A model generated the notes under the pieces. That model made no database searches. It saw only the letters and a list, made by a program, of their open reading frames with translations, and was not told where the DNA came from. This document shows positions 32,564-43,545 of a DNA stretch of 64,000 bases, piece by piece. Position numbers and translations under genes: made by a program. Source of the DNA: Escherichia phage 235Ecol030PP; the sequence record PP355091.1, one strand, 5' to 3'. Numbering within the stretch: the stretch's first letter is position 1; every line of letters begins with the position of its first letter.

Positions 32564-32592
32564 ATAATATCATATCCTGTACCAAAGTAAAC
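32564..32592 (-). promoter_or_regulatory. early promoter: GTTTAC, 17 nt, TGaTATTAT, bracketed by an 8-bp inverted repeat
   Basis: Minus strand GTTTACTTTGGTACAGGATATGATATTATATACCTGTACC. Confidence 0.55.
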
Positions 32593-32596
32593 TATT

Positions 32597-32965
32597 TTAT
32601 GCAACTTTAATCCAATTATCTAAATTTAATTCACCTTTGGCTTTCATTTTTTCAATCAAGAGGTCAGCGGTAATACGACCATTTTGATACCACGTAACAT
32701 CTTCAGAGTAACCAGTTTCTTTATCTTCATAAGTCTCGCAGCGAATTTTACCAAGAATCAAAGTTTTTAATTCGTATGTATCTCCAGTAAAAAAGTTAGT
32801 TAACATTATTTTCCAAGAGAAATCATCAGAAGGACCTTCAGGAGTCATACAATCTACGAATTCAAATTGTTCTTTGTATAAGTGCCACTGAAGTTCTTTA
32901 GTTTCGATAGCTTTATAGCCGTCGTGATCTTTACCTTTGATGTATGAGTTAAGATTGATTTTCAT
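32597..32965 (-). CDS. hypothetical 122-aa protein
   Basis: ATG, GGAG SD, early promoter upstream. Confidence 0.55.
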   Translation of the reverse strand: MKINLNSYIKGKDHDGYKAIETKELQWHLYKEQFEFVDCMTPEGPSDDFSWKIMLTNFFTGDTYELKTLILGKIRCETYEDKETGYSEDVTWYQNGRITADLLIEKMKAKGELNLDNWIKVA

Positions 32966-32992
32966 TTTATTCTCCTTTGTTTGTGTAAGATA

Positions 32993-33022
32993 ATACTATC
33001 ACAAAGGAACCATACTGTAAAC
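32993..33022 (-). promoter_or_regulatory. early promoter: GTTTAC, 18 nt, TGaTAGTAT
   Basis: Minus strand, about 30 nt upstream of ORF 32597..32965. Confidence 0.55.
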
Positions 33023-33051
33023 AACTTTATGCAATCTTTGGAAAATAAAAA

Positions 33052-33071
33052 AGGACTCCCGAAGGAGTCCT
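33052..33071 (-). terminator. terminator after the small basic ORF (UUCG loop, U-tract)
   Basis: Minus strand AGGACUCC UUCG GGAGUCCU then UUUUUUAUUUU. Confidence 0.65.
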
Positions 33072-33075
33072 TAAC

Positions 33076-33294
33076 TTATGCTTTCTGCTTACCAAAACGA
33101 GAAGCATCATCTCGAAGAACCGCACGTGCTCGGCGCATGATCTTCTCAACAGTTTGATTGATACGAGAGTTCGACCCACGCTTGTAGCCAGCGCGTTTAG
33201 AATCACCAACTTTCTTTTCAACTGCTTTCTTTGCTTTAGCTTGTTTTGCCATTATAAATTCTCTTTTAAATGAAAATGCAGGACTTATTGGCAT
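33076..33294 (-). CDS. small very basic protein (72 aa, or 58 aa from internal ATG 33252)
   Basis: Lys/Arg-rich ORF followed by UUCG terminator; weak SD for both candidate starts. Confidence 0.4.
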   Translation of the reverse strand: MPISPAFSFKREFIMAKQAKAKKAVEKKVGDSKRAGYKRGSNSRINQTVEKIMRRARAVLRDDASRFGKQKA

Positions 33295-33539
33295 TGCCTG
33301 CGCAAGCCCTCAAGGGGAACATAGGTTTTGAATATTTACCGACAGGATAACCATAAACCTCGTCATCATACCACCAAGACTTACACAGATAACACTTTTC
33401 TGACGCATGATAGTAACATTCAAGAGGTACACCGTAAAACTGCCGGGGTCTTAAAACTATAATGATTCGCAAATCATTAATCAGACAGTTCGACGGCTCC
33501 TCGATTTAGCTCACACTAAGGCAGTGAATCTCCAATAAA

Positions 33540-33788
33540 TTACTTCAGTGTTACCACAAAGTGACGAACTGCTTTTCGTGCAGCAGAAGCCAAAGGCTTA
33601 GCATATTTAAGTTCATCTTTTTCCTGAAGCTCAGCAGCTAATGCAGTTTGAGCAGGATTCAGATGTTTGAAATAACGCAGGATTTCAAGAGCTTCGGCTT
33701 CAACATCAATAGATGCGCCATAGTTTTCGTGACCATTATTCCATGCGTTTCGTTGCAGTTCAAGAGCGTGTTGTAATTGTTTAATCAT
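33540..33788 (-). CDS. rIII: lysis inhibition accessory protein RIII
   Basis: 82 aa, adjacent to gene 31 as in the T4 map. Confidence 0.7.
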   Translation of the reverse strand: MIKQLQHALELQRNAWNNGHENYGASIDVEAEALEILRYFKHLNPAQTALAAELQEKDELKYAKPLASAARKAVRHFVVTLK

Positions 33789-33927
33789 TTAAAAATTCTC
33801 GTTAGAGATTAAAACTCGGTAGTCACGTTCTTCTGAATTTCATCTTCTTTCGACAGATCTCTCAGTTGTAGACTACCACATAGAATTGTTCGGTTAACTT
33901 ATTATTCCGACACCCAATTCATATTAT

Positions 33928-33935
33928 TATTTATA
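33928..33935 (-). promoter_or_regulatory. candidate late promoter (minus strand) between 31 and rIII
   Basis: Plus strand TATTTATA at the 3' end of gene 31. Confidence 0.3.
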
Positions 33936-34271
33936 TCACTTATAAAGACACGGAATAGCTTTATAGTGACAAGTAACGAATTTTTGTTTAATTTCTTTTG
34001 GCTGCTTAAGACCCAGAGCTACAAAAGGATGCGGAACGTTTCGAATTTGACCAACTGGAAGAGAAGTCAAATCACCAACTTCACAAAAACCTTCAGGAAC
34101 ATCAGGACCGACAGAGTGAATTACACACAGTTCAGGAACTTCACCTTGAACACGTTTACCGATAATAAGTCCTGATTCTGTAACTTCTTCATCACCGGCT
34201 TGTGCAGGTTCAGAAACTAAAATAACATATTCACCGACAGCACGAATTGGTAGCTGTTGTACTTCAGACAT
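33936..34271 (-). CDS. 31: co-chaperonin (GroES analogue)
   Basis: 111 aa as T4 gp31. Confidence 0.9.
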   Translation of the reverse strand: MSEVQQLPIRAVGEYVILVSEPAQAGDEEVTESGLIIGKRVQGEVPELCVIHSVGPDVPEGFCEVGDLTSLPVGQIRNVPHPFVALGLKQPKEIKQKFVTCHYKAIPCLYK

Positions 34272-34327
34272 CGTTTTTCCTTTTTGTTAACAGATGAATT
34301 AATAATAACAAATAATTCTTAAAGCAT

Positions 34328-34636
34328 TTATTTACCAATAAATTGGAGCAAATGCTCAACTTTCATACCATTAACGGAAATCAATTTGTCAATAGAAAAA
34401 CCTCGCCACGCACCAAGTTCAACATCAAATACTGGAACCATATCAGTAGATTCTTTCCTAGTAGATTCCGTCAATTTACCAGTTTGCATGGTTGGCATAA
34501 AGTCTGCATCACGAGTACCTTTCATAACACGAATAGTACCATCAGACTTTTCAAAAACTACGCTTGAAACACCCATGGACAATTTAGTTTTCAAAATTTC
34601 ACGAATTGCTACTTTTTGTTCAGTCGTCAGTTTCAT
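34328..34636 (-). CDS. hypothetical 102-aa protein (position of T4 31.1)
   Basis: ATG start, synteny. Confidence 0.5.
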   Translation of the reverse strand: MKLTTEQKVAIREILKTKLSMGVSSVVFEKSDGTIRVMKGTRDADFMPTMQTGKLTESTRKESTDMVPVFDVELGAWRGFSIDKLISVNGMKVEHLLQFIGK

Positions 34637-34873
34637 TTATTTACCTATTACAGTTTTAATATGAGTTGTTCCACGTTCTTTAAGAGTGGAAAGTAATTTT
34701 TGGCATTTTTCTAAATCAGATTTCCAACTATATGGTCTATCAATACTAGTCCAATCAGTTTTATAATACTGTTTCCATTTAGAGAAAAAATATTTCTTAT
34801 ACTCTACAGCAAACGAGATGTTCTCATTAGAATAAGAACTAATTGCTGTGAGCTTTACCAAACGAAATTTCAT
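34637..34873 (-). CDS. hypothetical 78-aa protein (position of T4 31.2)
   Basis: ATG start, synteny. Confidence 0.45.
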   Translation of the reverse strand: MKFRLVKLTAISSYSNENISFAVEYKKYFFSKWKQYYKTDWTSIDRPYSWKSDLEKCQKLLSTLKERGTTHIKTVIGK

Positions 34874-35454
34874 TATTCACCACAGAATTCGTTGATATTT
34901 TCCCAGTTTAACTTATTCAAGTTTTTCTTAGGAACATTAAACACTTCAATACCTGCATTTCGCAGAATATCATCCCAGCCAGGTTTATTTTTATCGTATG
35001 TTTCGCAATAAACCAGTTTTTTAATTCCAGACTGAGCTATCGCTTTTGCGCAATCCGGACAAGGAGAAAGTGTTACATACATAGTAGCACCTTCAATAGA
35101 AGAACCATTTCGTGCAGCAAACAAAATTGCATTTAGTTCAGCATGAATTTCATTTTTAGATGACCATTCCGAGTGAGCACTACGGTGTTCTTTCGCCAAG
35201 ACAAAACGATCAGTTGAACCAAATGATACGCATTCAGGCTTATGACCTTGAATGATAGTATGTTTAGGCTTATTCAACAACCAACCTTGCTCAGCAGCAT
35301 AATCACAACAGTTCACACCCCCTGCGGGTGAACCATTATACCCAGTAGAAATAATACGTCCATTCTTTTCAATTACTGCTCCTACCTTCCAGGAGCAACA
35401 TTTTGATTCCTGCGATACTAAATATGCAATTTGAAGTACTGTACTCGCTTTCAT
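34873..35454 (-). CDS. cd: dCMP deaminase
   Basis: 193 aa; zinc motifs HAELNAI and SPCPDCAKAI. Confidence 0.93.
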   Translation of the reverse strand: MKASTVLQIAYLVSQESKCCSWKVGAVIEKNGRIISTGYNGSPAGGVNCCDYAAEQGWLLNKPKHTIIQGHKPECVSFGSTDRFVLAKEHRSAHSEWSSKNEIHAELNAILFAARNGSSIEGATMYVTLSPCPDCAKAIAQSGIKKLVYCETYDKNKPGWDDILRNAGIEVFNVPKKNLNKLNWENINEFCGE

Positions 35455-35789
35455 TTCATAATCACCAGATAAGCAGATTTAGCAGTTTCAACACGATAAA
35501 TTTCGTGACGAAGTTTAGTTATACTTTTAATAACAGAACTAATTATATTCTGCCCATCTTTAAAGCGGTTTTTCTTATCAATAAAAACTGCGCCAGTCAT
35601 CTTTTTGTGAAGCTCAACTGGATACTTCGTCACAATAATAGCATCATACGCAGAAGGATGAATACTATTCACTAGAGTATCATTCATTAAAGTTATTCTA
35701 ATGAACTTTGCTGTTTCAGAGTCAAGCGCTCTATGATCACCAGTATCGTTTTCAAGACAATTATCAATTATATCAGTTAAATTCATCAT
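35451..35789 (-). CDS. hypothetical 112-aa protein (cd-pseT cluster)
   Basis: ATG start, overlaps cd start. Confidence 0.5.
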   Translation of the reverse strand: MMNLTDIIDNCLENDTGDHRALDSETAKFIRITLMNDTLVNSIHPSAYDAIIVTKYPVELHKKMTGAVFIDKKNRFKDGQNIISSVIKSITKLRHEIYRVETAKSAYLVIMK

Positions 35790-36022
35790 AGTACGCCATA
35801 CACCCTTTGTGCTTCAACTAATCCATCAAAATCCAATTTGAGATGTGTTATTTGATCGCCATCGCCTGGATTCACAATTACTAATACTGAGCGAGGAGTT
35901 TCGGTAATAACACGAACCGATGTTTCAGGAAATCGTTCAGAAACCTTATTTACTAATTCCTGTGCAAATAGTTTAACTTTTTCTTGGAATTCTTTAACAG
36001 TAATTGGTTTTTCGCTTAGCAT
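35786..36022 (-). CDS. hypothetical 78-aa protein (cd-pseT cluster)
   Basis: ATG start, packed. Confidence 0.45.
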   Translation of the reverse strand: MLSEKPITVKEFQEKVKLFAQELVNKVSERFPETSVRVITETPRSVLVIVNPGDGDQITHLKLDFDGLVEAQRVYGVL

Positions 36023-36543
36023 GTTGATCCTAGCTCCTTACTTTCAACATTTTTAACTAATTTGACAGAAACTAATTCAGCATCTTGAGTAATCATTACC
36101 GGACCTTCTTCATACTCTTCAAGATATTCTAGAGCTTTCTTTTTAGCTTCTTCCTTCGTATCAGTTTGAGCATAGATATAAAACATACAACCAGTAATAC
36201 CTACTACTTTCCACTTAATTTCTTTATCAGCTTTAATTTCAAATTTACTGACAGAATCATCTTTTTGAACTTCTTCGAAAAAAGAATATTCTAACATATA
36301 AGCAATTGAAAATAACGGGCTATCTTTATAGGATTCGCCCATTACATCAATAGCTTTATACCAGCAGTCATCAATTTCGCGTTTAATGCTAATAACATTT
36401 TTCGCAGGATCTATTTTTACTTTAAATGAATTTTCCCCAATAAACTGGGCAATTCGTTTATTAGCCCCGCAAGTTTCATTAAAAATATCTTTATACCCAG
36501 TTTTAAAGCGATAAACCTTATCTTCTTCAAACCATTCGCTCAT
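36016..36543 (-). CDS. hypothetical 175-aa protein (cd-pseT cluster)
   Basis: ATG, GAGGA SD, early promoter 36574-36603 upstream. Confidence 0.55.
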   Translation of the reverse strand: MSEWFEEDKVYRFKTGYKDIFNETCGANKRIAQFIGENSFKVKIDPAKNVISIKREIDDCWYKAIDVMGESYKDSPLFSIAYMLEYSFFEEVQKDDSVSKFEIKADKEIKWKVVGITGCMFYIYAQTDTKEEAKKKALEYLEEYEEGPVMITQDAELVSVKLVKNVESKELGSTC

Positions 36544-36573
36544 TTCAATTTCCTCATTTGTTTTGGTAGAGCC

Positions 36574-36603
36574 ATAATATCACAACTCTACCGTAAAGTA
36601 AAC
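36574..36603 (-). promoter_or_regulatory. early promoter: GTTTAC, 18 nt, TGaTATTAT, bracketed by a 7-bp inverted repeat
   Basis: Minus strand GTTTACTTTACGGTAGAGTTGTGATATTATGGCTCTACC. Confidence 0.55.
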
Positions 36604-36605
36604 CA

Positions 36606-36881
36606 TTAAATCGCTTTAAATTCTGCAGTTTGAGATTCAAAACGAATGTCGCCTTTGATAACTAGCTCAGCATCAAGACCGAATACGACAATGATATGCG
36701 CTGACCCAGGATACAGTTGAATAACAACAGAATCCACCTGGTCTGGAAGCAAAGTATTCAATACATGAGTCACTTGAGCGTGGATTCGAAGCTCAGCTGC
36801 GTTATCAAGTTTTTCAAACATATTATTAGCGATAATTTGGCTAAACACTACTTCTACGATTTTAGAGTAAGTCGGAAACAT
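36606..36881 (-). CDS. hypothetical 91-aa protein (cd-pseT cluster)
   Basis: ATG start. Confidence 0.45.
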   Translation of the reverse strand: MFPTYSKIVEVVFSQIIANNMFEKLDNAAELRIHAQVTHVLNTLLPDQVDSVVIQLYPGSAHIIVVFGLDAELVIKGDIRFESQTAEFKAI

Positions 36882-36883
36882 AT

Positions 36884-37084
36884 TTACCTCACATAATTTT
36901 CTTCAAGCCAATTAATAACATCCAACGCATTATCAAAAGTTGAACCATCTACTTTATCTTCTGTTTCATAATCAAGAACATCTAAGCCTACTCTTCCATC
37001 AACAATAGGCCATAAACAAAATAGATATTTCTTTTCTTTTTCAATTTTATCACAAAGACGATAAATCTTTTCTATATTATTCAT
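36884..37084 (-). CDS. hypothetical 66-aa protein (cd-pseT cluster)
   Basis: ATG start. Confidence 0.45.
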   Translation of the reverse strand: MNNIEKIYRLCDKIEKEKKYLFCLWPIVDGRVGLDVLDYETEDKVDGSTFDNALDVINWLEENYVR

Positions 37085-37273
37085 AAGTTTTCCATGGTAA
37101 AGGCAGTTTAGTTTTCTTTACTGTTAGTTCAATATCAGGATTCTTTTCTCTTAATTTAAGACATTCCTCCCAAGCTCTGATTTCACTAGTGAATACACAA
37201 AATTGCCCATTACTAGTACCAACTAAACCACTATTTACAATAATAATAGCCCAAGTTTCATGGTGCCAAGCCA

Positions 37274-37274
<1 letters not shown>
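37077..37274 (-). CDS. hypothetical 65-aa protein
   Basis: Start set to ATG 37274, which shares a nucleotide with the pseT stop (TAATG). Confidence 0.4.
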
Positions 37275-38179
<905 letters not shown>

Positions 38180-38407
38180 CTATTTTTTCTCAACCAGTGA
38201 TTGAATATAATTATGCAAGTCTTTAGATGCTTTACCCCACTTATTTTGGTATTCATTTTTAAGATTAGCACGTGATTGAGCTAATAAAACATCATTAGTT
38301 GGAGGTAAAGATTCTAACCGCTGAATCTGGCGTCCATAAATCATTGCAGCCATCTCGGATTCATAAATCAATCCTTTGAGATGTTCAAATTGATGCCATG
38401 AAATCAT
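38180..38407 (-). CDS. hypothetical 75-aa protein (position of T4 pseT.1)
   Basis: ATG start. Confidence 0.45.
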   Translation of the reverse strand: MISWHQFEHLKGLIYESEMAAMIYGRQIQRLESLPPTNDVLLAQSRANLKNEYQNKWGKASKDLHNYIQSLVEKK

Positions 38408-38703
38408 TTACATTTATCCTCTTTTAACTCTTGACGATAATAACATATCATAGTTTTCTGGTCATGTACATATCGTTTTACATCATTAAGCCAAATACGA
38501 AATTCCTGGGAATCTTCAAATGGCATACCGACCCAAGCTTTACCATCGATAACTTTAACTTGCCAAGATAGTTTAGCTTCATCATATGACTTTATTTGCA
38601 CAGGCCAATTAGGATGAACTGTTTCTTTCTTTACTTCTAGAGGCTTTGTCGAACAACCAACTAGAAGACCAATAGATAATATTACTGCTGATAGTTTAAT
38701 CAT
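38404..38703 (-). CDS. predicted lipoprotein (position of T4 pseT.2)
   Basis: Signal peptide with lipobox LLVGC (MIKLSAVILSIGLLVGCSTK). Confidence 0.55.
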   Translation of the reverse strand: MIKLSAVILSIGLLVGCSTKPLEVKKETVHPNWPVQIKSYDEAKLSWQVKVIDGKAWVGMPFEDSQEFRIWLNDVKRYVHDQKTMICYYRQELKEDKCK

Positions 38704-39053
38704 TTAGAAAGGTCCTGGATGTCTTCTGCGAACTTGTTGAAGGAGTTGTTGATTTGTTTTTCAACCAATCCTGGCTTATGAGCCACCACATCCGCCTTCT
38801 TTGCGTCTTTGCGCAGTTTTTCATTTTCACGCTCAATAGCAGCAATTGCCTCACGATTTTTATTATTCATCGCATCAATATAATTATACTGAATTCGCAA
38901 ATTATTTAATGCTAAGGCGTTTTCATTGGCCGTTTTTGTAATTTCAGTAACTGATGTTTCTAATCTTTCTACCTTATTTTTTAAAATAATAGATGTTCCG
39001 CCAAATGCTATTACAAGTAATAGCAATCCAGCTGTAAAATTACTTACATGCAT
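38700..39053 (-). CDS. predicted membrane protein with N-terminal TM helix (position of T4 pseT.3)
   Basis: Hydrophobic segment FTAGLLLLVIAFGGTSIIL, then coiled-coil-like region. Confidence 0.5.
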   Translation of the reverse strand: MHVSNFTAGLLLLVIAFGGTSIILKNKVERLETSVTEITKTANENALALNNLRIQYNYIDAMNNKNREAIAAIERENEKLRKDAKKADVVAHKPGLVEKQINNSFNKFAEDIQDLSK

Positions 39054-39550
39054 AAAGTTTTAATAACCTCTACAATATCGTCTTGAGAAAGACCGTTAAT
39101 TAAAATATGATGTTCAGCTGGAGATTTAGAAATTTTAAAGCATGCCTCAACATCTTCTGCCATATCCGATGCGCTACGATTTGGATTACTAATTCCAAGA
39201 CGATGTTTTCCCGTCAAAGGATTAACGATGATATAGCATTTACAATTATTGATATGAACATTAGGTTGAGTCTGATTAATGAACACATCACAATCATATT
39301 TCGCAAGCTGATTTTCTAAAAAGACTTTCATCTCCTCAACTGCATCAGGAAGCATATCACGGGCTTGCTCAAGACGACGATTTCGATATTCTTTAATGGT
39401 CGTTTTCCGCTTGACTTGCTTAGCTAAATCTTTCTTAAGATCGGTGATATATCCAACTCGACGATTTCCTTTAAATACAGAAATCCCATCTGTAGTATCA
39501 CCGTATGCTTCAACGACCATTTCAGTAGTAATAAGCTGTAAATCCATCAT
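39044..39550 (-). CDS. alc: Alc, host transcription elongation inhibitor
   Basis: 167/168 aa (two adjacent ATGs after GAGGA); directly downstream of conserved early promoter; T4 position. Confidence 0.75.
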   Translation of the reverse strand: MMDLQLITTEMVVEAYGDTTDGISVFKGNRRVGYITDLKKDLAKQVKRKTTIKEYRNRRLEQARDMLPDAVEEMKVFLENQLAKYDCDVFINQTQPNVHINNCKCYIIVNPLTGKHRLGISNPNRSASDMAEDVEACFKISKSPAEHHILINGLSQDDIVEVIKTLCM

Positions 39551-39554
39551 AAAG

Positions 39555-39608
39555 TCCTCATGTTATGTCAGTAAGTCTACTGTAACACAACACGAGGGAC
39601 TTGTAAAC
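39555..39608 (-). repeat. 54-bp early promoter/leader repeat, copy 2
   Basis: TCCTCATGTTATGTCAGTAAGTCTACTGTAACACAACACGAGGGACTTGTAAAC. Confidence 0.85.
39579..39608 (-). promoter_or_regulatory. early promoter for alc: -35 GTTTAC, 18 nt, TGtTACAGT
   Basis: Near-identical copy of the 25740-25769 element. Confidence 0.65.
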
Positions 39609-39611
39609 AGC

Positions 39612-41199
<1,588 letters not shown>

Positions 41200-41206
41200 A
41201 ATAAAA

Positions 41207-41222
41207 TGGGCCTTGCGGCCCA
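41207..41222 (-). terminator. hairpin between nrdB stop and denA start
   Basis: Minus strand UGGGCC GCAA GGCCCA then UUUUAUU. Confidence 0.55.
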
Positions 41223-41226
41223 CTCC

Positions 41227-41729
41227 TTAAAAGTATTTTTTAAAACTCATCATAACTTTATCATCAACATCATTATCAATCTGTGCAACAAGATAAGATG
41301 ACAGTTCTACTTCTTGCGGCGCGGATTGAACATTATCAGAATTAAGATATTCACGAATCCAAGGATATGGATGTTTAACCGGAGCATCAGTAATTGGGCA
41401 TGGAAGACCGCACTGTTTCATACGAGATACAGTTAAGTAATCAATAAAGCTCCACATGCTATTTGTATTTAATCCAGGAACATCGCCATCTTTAAATAAA
41501 TGAACTGCCCAATCTTTTTCTTGGCGGTTAACTTCCATGAAAATATCAACTGCTTCTTGTTCACACTCTTGAGCAATTTTAACCCATTCATCGCCATCAG
41601 TGCCAAGTTGAAGTTGACGAATAATATATTGAGTGCCTTTAAGGTGAAGCTGCTCATCACGTGCAATGAACTTCATAATTTTGGCATTACCTTCCATGAT
41701 TTCCATGTTCTTATGGAAGTTAAAGGTAC
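41227..41729 (-). CDS. nrdB: ribonucleotide reductase small subunit, exon 2
   Basis: R2 C-terminal sequence (NMEIMEGNAKIMKFIARDEQLHL...); 3' splice junction inferred after intron terminal G at 41730. Confidence 0.82.
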
Positions 41730-42818
41730 CGTATGTTCGATTGAGCTCGCTAATTCTCAACCCGTTCTCTTATGAACTGCTACATATTACTATGCAGACC
41801 AGACTATATCACAATCCCAGAGGGATTCTCCCCATTTCGAGTCGCTTGACCCTACGTCCGAAGACTAGTCGTTGAACCTTGCTTTGCAATTGTCGCCGTG
41901 CCATCGTTTATATGTTGATGGTGATAAATCTTTCTTATCACAATATGGACAATTCAATTGAATTCTATTTGGATTTAATTTACATCTGTCATTATGTTTT
42001 AGATAAAATCCAGGACCTTTACCAATGTGACCGCAGAAATCACATGTGATTTCTTTTTGTGCAGGATGGGTCCCGTTCTTAACCATTTCTAATGTTTTTG
42101 CTGATGTTCTTTTCTTATGGTCTTCTGACAAGAAATGATGCGAACCGTCATTTACCCGTTTTGATTGAGTTTCTGACTGCATTTTACCACCGCAAAATAC
42201 ATGAGTACCTTCTTTTATAGCTGCAATATTGCGTTCTTTAACTTTTGCAATATGCTCAGCTTGTTGAAAATTATGTATACCTAATGCAACTCTATTTAAA
42301 TTAGATTTACGCTGTATTTCACCGTCTAAAAGATGAAATGTACCATTTTCTATCTTAGATTTAATAGAGGCAATATTTTTAGCTCGTACTTCAGGAATAT
42401 TAAAAATCTGGATTTCTCTAGATTTTGCGGCTTTAGAAGCTAATTCAGAAATTTCTTCAGGAGAATATTTCATTCTAAGCTTTATAGCATGACAAGCCTG
42501 GTAATCTTTTTGAGCTAAATGTATATCATAATGTTCCTGTATAGAAAGGCACATCAAATTATCTAAATCATTATTTTCACGGTTACCGTCTTTATGATGG
42601 ATTTCGTATGTTCTTCCATCAGAATCTTTAGGTATAGGTCCGTTAGCATCTATCCAAATTTTTCTATAGTTCAATTGTGCATCCTCTTAAAAGTATAATC
42701 ATATTCATATTATACTAATTAAAGGTGCAAGCAAAACCTTGGCTGCTAGTTTTCCATAAAGGACTTTCCAGCAATTAAAGGAGTTTTCGATAAACGTTAC
42801 CGTTTAAAGGCGCATTTT
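41730..42818 (-). mobile_element. group I self-splicing intron in nrdB (1089 nt) carrying a homing endonuclease ORF
   Basis: Interrupts conserved R2 motif; 5' junction GCGT|AAAATGCGCC allows P1 pairing GCGU/GCGC with G.U; 3' end ...GAACATACG parallels td intron end ...GAACATAATG. Confidence 0.82.
41865..42674 (-). CDS. I-TevIII: intron-encoded HNH homing endonuclease, full length
   Basis: 269 aa; HNH motif EIHHKDGNRENNDLDNL; C-terminal Cys/His zinc-finger-like CDFCGH...CPYCDKK; apparent TTG start 7 nt after GAGGA. Confidence 0.8.
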   Translation of the reverse strand: MNYRKIWIDANGPIPKDSDGRTYEIHHKDGNRENNDLDNLMCLSIQEHYDIHLAQKDYQACHAIKLRMKYSPEEISELASKAAKSREIQIFNIPEVRAKNIASIKSKIENGTFHLLDGEIQRKSNLNRVALGIHNFQQAEHIAKVKERNIAAIKEGTHVFCGGKMQSETQSKRVNDGSHHFLSEDHKKRTSAKTLEMVKNGTHPAQKEITCDFCGHIGKGPGFYLKHNDRCKLNPNRIQLNCPYCDKKDLSPSTYKRWHGDNCKARFND

Positions 42819-43494
42819 ACGCAAAAGATACATAAAAACGAATAGCTTCCAATGCGTTGATTACATGAAGGCAAAGATAAAGAGATTTCATTAGTGCTCG
42901 TTTAGCTTCGGCTTCTTGTTTAATAGCTCGGTTTAAACGAAAGACGGCATCAGGAGATTCTTTAGCTAATTCTACAAATTCTTTAGCATTTTCCCATTCA
43001 CGGGTCTTCTTAAGAACATCATCATAATAGCGACCGATAGATTCAGCACGTTTCATGATAGCTTCATCTAATACAATCTCATCAAATACCTTAGCAGGGT
43101 CATTGAACAAGTTACGCATGATATGGGTATATGAACGACTGTGAATAGTTTCGCTAAAAGTCCATGTTGCTACCCATGTATCAAGGCTTGGATCTGAAAT
43201 CAATGGCATAAGCACAGCAGACGGTGCACGCCCCTGGATGGAGTCTAACAATGACTGGTATTTTAAGTTATTGATAAATATAGATTTTTGATGTTCTGGG
43301 AGCTTATTAAACTGTGCAGCATCCATCATCAAGTTTACTTCTTCCGGACGCCAGAAAAATGAGAGCGAACGTTCAATAAGTTCTTCAAATACCTTATGTC
43401 GTTGAATATCATAACGTGCAATTCCAAGACCTGAACCGAAGAACATAGGTTCTGTTAAAACATCAACTGGATTTGTATTAAAAACTGTGCTCAT
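42819..43494 (-). CDS. nrdB: ribonucleotide reductase small subunit, exon 1
   Basis: 225 codons plus 1 nt, ends ...AIRFYVSFA; last exon base is the T of the in-frame TAA. Confidence 0.85.
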
Positions 43495-43545
43495 AATTTT
43501 TCCTCTTAGTTAATAGATAGTGACTCGTCCATGAGTCAAATTATA

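Noticed and set aside
33266-33472. 68-aa Cys-containing minus-strand ORF
   Set aside because: Starts with TTG, no ATG until near the end, no ribosome binding site; overlaps the neighbouring ORF. Treated as noncoding, though the region is flagged as a finding.
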